Source: Negaprion brevirostris
Taxonomy: Eukaryota
Length of the DNA stretch: 64,000 nucleotides
Assembly: GCA_030324005.1 (NCBI GenBank)
Contig: JARDVH010000193.1
Coordinates: forward strand, 94,808,905 to 94,872,904
Direction: 5' to 3'
Position numbers and translations under genes: made by a program. Positions 29,101 to 41,100 of this stretch are shown here, piece by piece. How positions within the stretch are numbered: position 1 is the first letter of the stretch; the number at the start of each line of letters is the position of its first letter. The notes under the pieces are model-generated. The model was given only the letters and a program-made list of their open reading frames with translations, made no database searches and had not been told where the DNA came from.

Positions 29101-32100
29101 AAAATGTTGACAATTTATCAATGGCAACCAAAATCTACAAGGTGGACTTTGACTGAGTCATACCTGTTTCTGGGCATGACAAGGCCTCTTACCGTTTCAA
29201 AGTGGCACTTGAATGCAGATGTATGCTTCTGAGGTAGTCAGGGCACATGACATCTGCCTGAATTATGCAGACGAGGAAGGATCATGATGTTAAATGGCAT
29301 TATGGAACTCCATGCTCCAGCTGATGGCCTCTTTTAACCTCACACTGCTGAATATGAAGTATAAGGTTAATTCCCTCCCAGCCTTAAACTGCAACCTTCT
29401 TAGTTTATTGAACACACTTCTGTTACTTTTCATAGTTGTTTCAAGTGTTAGATGTCTACACGGTGTTCTGTGGCAGATAGTGAAGTACTTGCTGACTTCG
29501 GTGCTGGATTTTACAGTTCCTCCCAGGTCGGTAGGTGGGATGGGACTGAAAAATAGGTACCATGCCTGGCACCTACCTGTTCGTAACACTGGAATTTCAC
29601 TCATGGTGGGGGAGGCATTGGGAGTAGAGTTACCAGCTGTGATTAAATGTGTTCTTGGGTGTTTCATCACATGATTTGCCACCACACTCCAGCCATTAGT
29701 TGGCCAGCACATCCATCCCAGTTACACACTGCTTTCCTATATCAACTGGAAAGAAAAAAGACTCATTACCCAGTTGTATAAAGCTTGACTGTCAGCAAAA
29801 TACCTTTTTTCAATATTTTTGTATCTGGTGAAGAGAAGTTCTAAGAAAATGACAAAAATAATGTCATGATGATTTTTCTCCAGGGCTGCATACAGCAGTA
29901 TCCTGATGATTGATCTTCAATTACTGGGGACTCAGTCCCAGAAGATGGGCATTCCCAGTCAGGAAACTCACCTGCCCAATCATTTGAAACCCTTGAATGG
30001 CCAATTAAAGCTGACTTGAGGACCTTCCCCTGCTGCCTGTGAGATTTTATCTGCAGTGGTGGGAGGCATGAACAAAGCATCCAGGCTGACGTGTTTCACT
30101 GGGCCAGATTGGTGACCAGTTGGATTGGAGGGGTGGGGGCATATCTGTGCCCTCTGCCCTCTGTGTCAATTGAGGATTCTGAGAGTAGCAGCTTGTGGAA
30201 GTGGAGCTTACTCCTCAAGGGGAAATTACAAAATTGGCAATATTGTTTGGCAGTCTTTTTTTTACTTCAGTGGAGACATTGACCATCTGTGCTCCAACCT
30301 GCAACATACAGAACAGGTGAAAAATCCTGAGAAGATGCTATCTGAATTAAATCATTCTAGTGCAACTGGAGTCAGAATGTTGAATTCCTTCATTGGATTT
30401 CAGAGGATTATAAATATCAAATATCCCGATGTGACTAAGAATTTGATACTAAACTAAATGAAATTTCATCTACAATCCATCTCCAGAATTCTATCACAGA
30501 GCTTGGGTTTGAATCCCAATGTAAGTTGATATCTCGTACACTACAAATTGAAGACAAAGAAATCATTTTAGTTATAGTTGATGTTTCACAATATTAACTC
30601 TGTTGCTGAGAGTACCAAAAACCCAGCAAATTTGTACTGGGATGTCAACATGTGTGAGTGGAGCACTTGTGCAACAGAAAATACTTCATAACAGCTGATG
30701 ATCTGCTGAGGCAATGACTGGGGCAACCCTCTTGAAACTTGAGGCTGCAATGCAAACTGAAAAGATAAATTGCCACAAGGAGAAGGAGCGTGGAAAAGTA
30801 CATCTTGTTACTTTGAGTAATGCATTAGACATTAACAAATTAAATCACAGATCATTACCATGTCTGTATATGGTGGATGAGTTGTCTCAGCTATGGTATG
30901 ATTTTTTAAATGTGGAGCAGAGGCCAGGGACAGCCACAGATGGAGTAAGGATTCATCTCCCATGTCAACCAGTGGTCTGTTTAAGTGAAATTAATGGCGA
31001 CTATGGATGGTGTATAAAATGGTGGGACCAAGTAACAGAATTAATTTTAAAGTGACAATGTTATCCTCACCAATCGAGAAAAGTAAGCAGTATTTCCAAC
31101 GTATTTTGTCCCACATCCAGAGCCTTGGAATGTACAGATAAAACTCAAGGTGCATTTCGCAATCAGTTCCATCCAACAAATGAACATAAACTGAGCATAA
31201 GCAATTAAAAATATTACAGAAATCTGTAATGCTAAATCTCCGATAATTAGTGCTGAGTCAAATATTGAGACAGGATTTTTCATCGGCATGGTAGGAAAGT
31301 TCATATGATTCAAAATAAAATAACAAGTTACAACAATTAACCAAAAATACAAAGTCTGAGTTTGCATATTCCATTATCTGTGATCACAACTGTGTGCAGC
31401 ATGCAGATTTGTGAAGGCAGAAATCTTTGAATTGAGCAAAGGAAGTGCTGAGTAGATTGAAAGATAGTGAGGTTAAAGTTTAAGGGCGCAGAAAGAACAC
31501 TTGGCCTCTTCCCAGATGGTACTTGATGCTTTTCTTTATTCCATTTAAAAATAGTTTTCTAAGGACTTTTCAGTATCTGTTCAGAGTTGCCTGTGCTTTA
31601 CAATTTAGTTTGTGGGACCCTCAAGCTGTGGAATTACGCACAAGACTGATTTTCCCCTATCTCCCAACTTGATCTCTCAATATCGCATGTTTTTGTTTTC
31701 AAAATTATTTCTGTCAGCTGGTGAAAAGTAAAATAACACATCATTGCAGAAAATACATCACTTTAGTCTATTGTAACAGAATGCCATTCTGCTGATTGTA
31801 CAAATTTATAGAAAAATGCGATGAGAGGCAGCAACTTAACCTTTGTTATCCTCTGGGATTATCTCTGAAATCCTCATATGAGATTTTAACCTATCAAAAT
31901 CCATTCACTCTAAGTAGAAAATTTTGATTTAATACTTGGGTGCCTTAGGTGGCAATATGTTGTTAACCTCCAGCAGTATTCAATATTGTTAGANNNNNNN
32001 NNNNNNNNTGGGAGTAATGTCTATCTCCAATACTGCCACTGTGTCCTTCTTGGGTATTTCACCATTATACTGTTGCTGATGAGTGAAATAGAGGTCTTCC

Positions 32101-35100
32101 TTTAGATGTTTCTCAATATTTCTTTGTAACCGAATGCTAGGAAATAAGTCAGAATACTAAGGAATAACTGGTCCCAGTTTTATCCTCCTTCCCTAGCCTA
32201 AGACAGACTCCCATCATAAAACGGAGTGAATACGTGGATCATTCATTCCGTTGCCAATCAACAACAGGAATCTATTCTGAAAATCAAATTTAATTGCAGA
32301 ATCTAACAATAGTTTTAACTATATTTGCTTGGTGAGAGAGTAATATTTTTGTTAAATGATCAATGTTAATATTGTCATCAAGTAAGCTGGGTTAGAGGAA
32401 TTACTGCATCAAATTAAAATGGTGTAATATGATTGATCTGCCTCCCTGCTTTAATTGCATTCCATTGCATTGCCATTCTAACATTGGATTGAATTTTGTT
32501 GGACTAGTCCTACCAGCTGGCTGGAAAGCTGGAAGCAACCATACTTCAAAGATTTTGGGAGCCCTGACCCAATTGTGCAGGCAGGAATTAATTGCCTGGA
32601 GTTGCAGTTCCTGTCCTTGAAATAGACAATATCTCACCAAGAGCTGCTGACAAATTTGAGGCCAGACAGCTCTTCACACTCAGTGGTTCCGCAGACAGCA
32701 TTGGCAAATCCTGAAACTGCACCCAGCCCACAGAAAATTCATAGATGCTGTCCTTGGATCGAGGTAAATGGGGTTGGGGGTCACTGGAGATGGTGGATAT
32801 TTAACAGAGATGGCCTTGTTGCTGGGGAGGATTGCCCGATCATAATAGCCTCTCTGCAGGGAAGCTGCTAGATTTTATTGGATGGTTGTCCCACATGGTA
32901 GAGGCCTTCTCTGTATTCCCCTCCTCCACCATTTGATATCATGCCAGCAGTGAAGGCAAGATGCCATTCAGGGTCTCAGTTGACTTCTGGGCAGGAACAC
33001 TGTCCTTGACCCTGCAGCTGAGAGGATTCCAAGGCATTGGGGAAGCAGAGGATGCCTTCTCTGACCACGCTGCCGCCCAACCTGCACCTAAGGTCCTTGT
33101 TAAATTCCCTTCAGTGTGTTTGCATGTTTTATCAGTCAATCTTGCTAGTGGGGATATTTGCTGGGATCATGACAAGATCTCAACTTATGGTAATCCAGTT
33201 TTCCTGCATTTCTCAGCCAGAACCCTGTGTAGTTGACTGAATCTGTATTGATCTTTGTTCAGTTGCCTTGAGCTGTCAGACACAGTAATTATTTGCACTA
33301 CTACCCTACGCTAATGACTTTGGTTTTTCTAATTTAACTGTCTCACGCTGTCAGCACAGGTAATTGCTTCACTTATTATGGTGCCGTTCAAGAATATGAT
33401 GTGCACAATCAACAAAGCCTTCAAAAATATTTTGGTTAATAGGATTTTCTGTTGACCAGACTGGTTCTTGCAGAATTTGAGTTGGTTATTGGGAATATTT
33501 AGGGTTAAACCTAAAAGATCATTTAGCTTTTGGTTTGAATCCGAAGAGCAATTGCTCCAAGAAGAGAATTCCTAACGAGAGATGTGTTGTGCTTATGTAA
33601 TACTGTTTTAATTATAGTTGTGTAATGTTAATCTTGGAGATCCTTTACAAACAATATTTATGATGAAAAGGTTGTGTGGAAGCTGTAAACCATTAGTTGT
33701 CACAGGAAGAATAGCATTGGTATTAAGGGGGACCGTGGTAACTCACTCCAGGTGCCAGCCAGGGATGGTAAGTTTATTCCAGTTAACTATTTAAAGAAAA
33801 AAATCTAACTCTCTAAAGCAGACATAAACTTTTAACTTTGATTTTATTTAATTTCTATATATTTATTCATTGTGCAAATTTAAGAATACAGGTTTTGTGA
33901 AGATGTTTTTCTGTATTGGATAATTTAGCCTTGAACAGATTTTTGGATTAATAAGGTGTACATGCAGCTATGTGATCAGGCAGTTAAACATTGAATTTTT
34001 TTTAAGCAAGTTAATTTCCCTGAAGGAAATGGCATGAGGGATAAAATCAGGTGGAAGATCATCTTAGCGTACTCTCATCAAATTTCCTATTAGTGAATTC
34101 AAAACCAGGTTTTCACACCTTTCGCTTGATTGCACTATATGAATTCTGTTCTATGAAGGATGGCAAATCTTGGATAAGTTGACAGTCAATGAAGCATAGT
34201 TCTTGTATTAGACTGGCCTATTTTTTGCATTTTTGGACAGTGGGCATTGCTGACAAGATCAACATTTATTGCCCGTTCCTATTTGGGAATAGGATTGATG
34301 ATGAGAAAACTATTGATTACAGTCATCCTGCATTGCCACATACAGCAAATGTCTGTTATCCAATAATATGTTTCCTTATTTTGTTTCCTCATTAGTGTGT
34401 TAAAAGAGGTATATGCATCATTCAATCCTGAAGCAGTGGTCTGCCAGCTCGGAGCAGATACTATTGCTGGAGACCCAATGTGCTCCTTTAATATGACACC
34501 AGTGGGAGTGGGAAAGTGCCTGCGTTACATTCTGAACTGGGAATTGCCAACTTTGATCTTGGGAGGAGGTGAGTCCATCTGTCTTTTGTTGCAACATGTT
34601 TAATAGTTGCAGAGGTGATTGAAAATTGCAAATAGAAAAGTAACCAGTTCATTGATAAGTTGCAATGTCGACCATAAGGAGGAGTCTATTGTTGTAAAAT
34701 GCACTTTTCAAAGTGTATTTTATAAAGATAGAACTCTTTAGTAATTGTGCAGATACATACATCATATAGTGTGGTATGCAAGCAAACTGGCCAGGAACGC
34801 CCAGGATCTACCCCAGGCCTGCGCAGAATGAACACATTTTAGCTGAAATGAAAGTGGAAGTTCTGCAAATTCCGTCACTATCCTTGAGTTGGCTAATAAA
34901 GCACCTTGGGTTACCACTCCTTATTTATAACACTGATTTGTCTAGAAGTCTGTGTGTTAAATTCAGGGAGGATTTGAATTCATCAATGATGCAATCACAG
35001 TTAAATAAGTGAGAGATTGTATAGAACGTGGGATTTGAGTTCAAATCAATCCCAGACTGATGGAATTAAACCTCTGTTTGCTGTAAGCATCCTGTACAAA

Positions 35101-38100
35101 ATAAATTTGGAGCAGTTTTAGCTCAGATTATAATAGACATGTTCTTAAAGTACTGGGCCTGGGTAATATACTGTGTCAGTCGGCACAGATGTGATAAGCC
35201 GAATGGCCTCCGTCTGCAGTGATTCTGTTATGTTGTAGGCCATGATCTGGGGTTCTAATGAGGCTGTCAATAACATTAGTCAGCCACATTATTGTGGAAG
35301 ATTTAAAAAGGTACAGATACTCCGCGTACTGTGAATTAAATGCATTGGTCAACTCAGAAAAACTGTTATTGGATAATAGAGGAAGAAAGAAATATGAAAT
35401 AATTGGAAATCTTCACAAGCCATTAGGCACCATGACTTGAACCAACTTTTAAAATGTAAAGGTGGAAGGATTTTATTAAGGTCAGACAGTAACAGATAAC
35501 ATTGTCACTGAGCCTTCTACCAAATANNNNNNNNNNNNNNNNNNNNNNNNNNNNNNNNNNNNNNNNNNNNNNNNNNNNNNNNNNNNNNNNNNNNNNNNNN
35601 NNNNNNNNNNNNNNNNNNNNNNNNNAAAAACCCTGTCCTCGGAGAGTCCGGATCATGAGGTAAAGCTGCAACAGGCTTCCTTTTCTTGCTATCTGCTGAG
35701 TCACTCTGACTAATCAAACCTGGGACTTTTACTCTGAATACAGTTTTGTAGTCAAATGACAGCACAACAATAATGCACTGTCTCTTCATTTCCCCCAGAA
35801 TGATGGGCTTGTTCTGGCTGAAGTAAGCTACAACTGTTTGATTCATAAACAAAGCATTTCGCCCTTCTTTAATCATTACTGAGAGCCTGTCTGGGCTTTC
35901 TGCTACCATTAGATTTTGAATTCTTTTTGGATATGGATAGTATTGTGCTGATTGTATAATTCTTTTCAAACATTTATGTATTTGCTGTTATACAAATACA
36001 TTGATTCTATAAAAATATAATGTTTTGCTTATCTTACAAGTTCCTTTTTTTTCCCTGAATGACTGTTGCGTAGTGTACTGAACAGGGCTACTTATTGTGC
36101 AGAGCAAAAGGACTTAATTGCATGGATTGTAAGGGACAGATTACCAGGGGTAGAGTTGTAAGTGACCCCAGTACCATAGTTGGACACTCACAACTCATGA
36201 TCTTGTATGCATTGACATTAGAGAAAATTATACCTTCCATCAATGTGGTAAATCTGGTCCAGTTGCATAATGTTTTTAATACAGTTGTTTAATTGTTCCT
36301 GCACTAAATGAACTTTCTGCCAATGCTCTGACCCACCTTTCAGCTATATATGAGTAGAGTTGTAGACCTTATGCTTTCATCAATATGAAAGATCATCCTG
36401 CCAACAACCACCTAAGTGTAGGGTTGAAGATCATGTTTCAGGTTTCAAATACTGGGCCTAAGTATTTAGAAGGTGGAATTTAAGCAAGGGCAGCATGGTG
36501 GCACAGTAGTTACCACTGCTGCCTCAGCCCCAGGGACCTGGGTTTGATTCCAGTCTTGTGCGATTGTCTGTGTGGAGTGCGGAGTTTGCACTTTCTCCCT
36601 TTGTGCTCTGGTTTCTTCCCGTGGTACAAAGATGTGCAGGTTAGGTGGATTGGCCATGCTAAATTGTATCAAGGTGTGCAGGTTAGGGGGATTAGTGGCA
36701 TAAATGTGTGGAGTTACGGGAATAGAGAAGGAGTTGGGCCTGAGTAAGATGCTGTGTCAGGAATCGGTTCAGACTTGATGGGCCTCCTTCTGCACTGTAG
36801 GGATTCCAGGACCTTATGAAGTCCAGATGGTGAAGATTGGAGTCAGCCTTCCTGCTTCTCAGCCAATTTAGGGCCACTCCGACTGCCACAGAGCATCTAC
36901 TAAGATCAAGGGGACTTGGTACCCCAAGTAGGCATACCTGACAGCCTGCCTGTGGGCTCAGAGATGAGGGTCCCTCTTGATTGGGCACACTGAGCCTCCT
37001 GGAGGGTTCTTCCAGTGGCAAGGGCTGTCCCTCTATAAAAGCACATCTGCACTACACAACAATCTCACACTACAGTGGCAAGCAACTTTCTCTTCCAGGC
37101 GCCTAGTGAATGATTCTGGTCTAGGACCTGCCAGAGACTCAGGAGTGACCACTGTTTTTGGCGGCACTGCTGGGACTGAAGAGATTTAGATTTAGAATCC
37201 CTATACGAGACCATTCAGCCCATCGTGTGTGTACCGTCAACAATCCGACCTAAGCCCTGTTCCCATAACCCCACGTGTTTATCCTGCCAATCCCACTGAC
37301 ACTAAGGGGCAATTCAGCATGCCTAATTCAACCTAACCTGCATATTTTTAGACTGTGGGAGGAAACCAGAACACCCAGAGGAAGCCCACACAGACACAGG
37401 GAAAACGTGCAAACTCCACAGAGACAGTCATCCGAGACCAGAATTGAACCTGGGTCCCTGGCGCTGTGAAGTAGCAGTGCTAACCACTATGCACTGTGCC
37501 GCCCAGCATGTTATGCTAACATGATATAGAATTAGATTGAGGCTGGAGGAAGTGTAAGATTCATCATGCCAGCCGNNNNNNNNNNTAAAAATGTGAGATA
37601 GAACAACCTAGAGTGAAAGCAAAATACTGTGGGTGCTGGAAATCTAAAATCAAAACAGAAAATGCTGGATAAATTCAGCAGGTCTGGCAACATCAGTATA
37701 TTGAGAGAGAGAAACAGAGTCCATATGACCAGACTCAAAACATTAATTTTGTTTCTCTCTCCATAGATGCTGCCAGATCTGCTGAGTCTATACAGCATTT
37801 TCTGTATTTAGAAAAATCTACAGTGCTAACAGGTCTGTCTCATTTGTGTTAAAGGTTTTAGTTAATTCTGGGTATGGAACAGAGTTTAATATGCCAACAA
37901 AGAATGAAATGAGGATATATATTCTAACTATTAAAAAAATTCTGTGCTGCAGGGACGCTACGATAATCTGTGGCTGCCATGCTTTATTTAAAAATACATA
38001 CCTGGCCTTTAGTAGGGACTTTATGACCAAATTAACTGGACACCTTATTATGGAATCCTAATCTAGTTATATTGTATGTCTGGCCTTTGTATATTGAGTT

Positions 38101-41100
38101 TGTTTACATCTGTGAGATCTTCTGTGTCTCAGAAACAGCTGCTTTGATTTATTTGTGAAGGATATTTTTTGTCTGCAATTTGGACATCAAAGCAAAGGAT
38201 GGAAGGCATCTGCCACATTTTTTATCTTTTCATATTTTGCTGTATTTGTATATGTTGAGGCTAATTTCTCCTAAAATGTTTCATTCACGTCTAAAACTTA
38301 CTGAAGAGAGCTGCAAATTTTTAGAACTTTTATTGTTTAAAGGAACAGATGAGATGAAGTTAAGTCTTTTACTTGTTGATATTTATCTGTTGATCGCTTT
38401 TGTCTCTGCATAATTTTACTTCCAATAAATCAAATTTAGCTGTTTAGTCTGAACTGCACAGTTTGATCATGTGATGTTCTTCCATAGATATGGTATCAGA
38501 AGTATGGGTAACTTTCTCCTGCTATTGCTTATCGCCTTGGCGTAAGAGTTCTTCACAGTAGAAGAAGCATTGATTTCAAATGCTGTCCTTATCCTGTAGC
38601 AGAGTGCATTAAGTACCATCCAGCATTGTACTGTACAGGTTATTAATTTGTATCTTGCTAATTGCAGGTTTCCATTTTGCTCTTTTAACACGTTAATATA
38701 AACGTCATAGCAAATGTAATCCAAATTAGTCCACTGGAAACAGATCGAGAGCCGTAGTACAGGGTGGGGGGGAAGCTATCTCTTCGCTCACTGAGCTGCT
38801 GATGATCTTTTGTGAGTTATGCAGTGAATATAAGATTCCTTTGACCTCTGTCAGCAGGGAGGTACTCTGTTCTAGGCGAGACAATTCCTGGAATCTCAAA
38901 CAGCCTGTTCGCTCTGAGTTGCTATGCCAACTGTCAAATGGTGATTTACACAACTTGTGCTTTTATTTCTTCTTGGTACAAGGTAGTTGTTCGTTTGAAT
39001 CGGTAAATAGATTTTTTTATTTTTTTCTGTGTGGCACAACAACTGCAAGGACAGGAAAACATGTTGAGGGGTCTCAGAAGTGGAAATGTCACTGTAGTCC
39101 TGCAGTGATGGCTAGTGTTTGTTTCCATTATCAACATGCTGCGTTGGTGATGATCTTTGATATTTCACTTTGGAAAGGTGCTAAGGTATTCAGGGTCTCC
39201 CAGTAGTGAGGGAAGCAGTCATCTTAGTATGGTTCGGTGCCTCTTACCAATTTGTTTCAGGGCACAATTGGGTGAACCCTGCAAACACGTCACTCACTCT
39301 CCCAGTCTCTGAATACCATCTCAAGAGAGGCAATTAGAAAAGATAATAAATTTTACAAAAGCAACATAAAGAAATAATCAATCATCACAAATTTTAATTT
39401 TGAAGTTGCAGAGGGAGGATTAAGATTGTGGTCAAGAAACTAAAAGACAGGACTGAGAAATGTGGAATGACTTGAAGTAAGAACTTCAGTGGTCCCAGTC
39501 TAATTTCAGAATGCAGTCTGAGCTTTGAAAGGACGTTAACTGCTCCATTCCCAAGGATAATTAATGTCATTGCCTGCACTGAAGGAACTGACATTTCCTC
39601 TTGTAATTAAGTTTGTGTGTGCAGATTAGGGCATCTGTTCACACAGTGCTAGTTTGAATTTAATTTTTTATTTCCAATCATTCTCACACACAGTATAGTG
39701 AAGCACACTAGTTTTTTGTTATTTTTGTTTTATGTTTTAGAGTATTTTCATGAATATGTGAACAGTAGTTCTTTTTAAAAAGTTATTGTTTTTGCTTCAC
39801 ATTCTTTTCCCTGTGCATGTTTAATTGGATACCTTCTCTCAGGACTCTGCTATTCCAGCTGCTACTGACCAAGATGAGGTTTCATTGTGCTACACTACAG
39901 CTTTTTAAAGATTGGATAAGTTTTGAGGAAAAAAAGTTGACGAGGTTTAGCATCCTTAAGAAATTGAGTGGCATGGTGGCACAGTGGCTAGCACTGATGC
40001 TTCACAGCGTCATTCTTCTCATGTCTGTGTGGGTTTCCTCCAGGTGCTCTGGTTTCCTTCCACAGTCCAAAGATGTGTGATAAATTGTCCTTAGTGTCAG
40101 GGGAATTGACAGGGTAAATACCTGGATTATGAGAATAGAGCGTGGCTGAGATTATGATCAGTGCAGATTCAATGGTCCAAATGGCCTCCTTCTGCACTGG
40201 GATTATTTTCTATGATTATCTTCTTTGATCATGAAAATCCTTGCCATACACTTGCAGAGAAATTACAGGCTTTTATCAGACATCATATCCCACCCACCTC
40301 GAGGGGAAAAGTTTGCAGTTTGGAAACAAATATGGTGAATCACAAATGACGGGGGAGCTAAGAGACATAAAGCAAGAAATGGTGAATCACAATTCTTGCT
40401 TTATGTCTCTTAGCTCCCCCGTTCAGCCTGATTAGATTGTATCGCTTGCGTTTTGGACTACTTCACCAGACCTGGTGATCATTTTAACACAAAGGACGTT
40501 TTTGAATGTCAAAGGCTGGGATTATAATCAAGCCACCAGTGTCGAGATTATATACTTTGCGTGGATTATTGTCAATTTAGACTGAGATTAGAACCTAGCC
40601 ACCTAGGATGCGAATGTGCAATTCTCATTGAAAATAAAGCGGACCATTAGTAAACGGAAAACAGTGAGTCAGTGCAACCTGAACTCTGCGCTGCTAATCT
40701 CTGGTTGGGTTTACAACTCCTTTGTCATGAGTATAATTGGTTCCGCTTGTATGGAGCTTCAAGTTACCTCATTATTTATCAACACCCAGACAGTGTGGTT
40801 GGCACTTCCTGCAATTACTCCAGAAGACATTGTATGGCAGAATTTACAGCCAATTGCCCTTACAAATCCTGCCTGTTACACTAAGTAATGAGCTTGAATT
40901 GCTCTCTGTTGACGGAAATAATTGATTAAGATTAGTGATAACTTTTTCTTATTAAAGACATGGTCAGATAAGCCTATATTGGGAAATGCTCAATGAACTA
41001 TAGTAATGTGAGTCTTAGAACGTTCCTATTTCACAGTTTGATTATAGGGAAGAGACAATGCCAGAATCTCCTCGGTTTTTCCAGCATTTACTGTTGTTCT

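Noticed and set aside
29290-29712. Overlapping 126-140 aa ORFs (likewise 54263-54697, 38802-39206, 42803-43201)
   Set aside because: No recognisable domain. They fall in repeats or intronic DNA and are consistent with chance ORFs.
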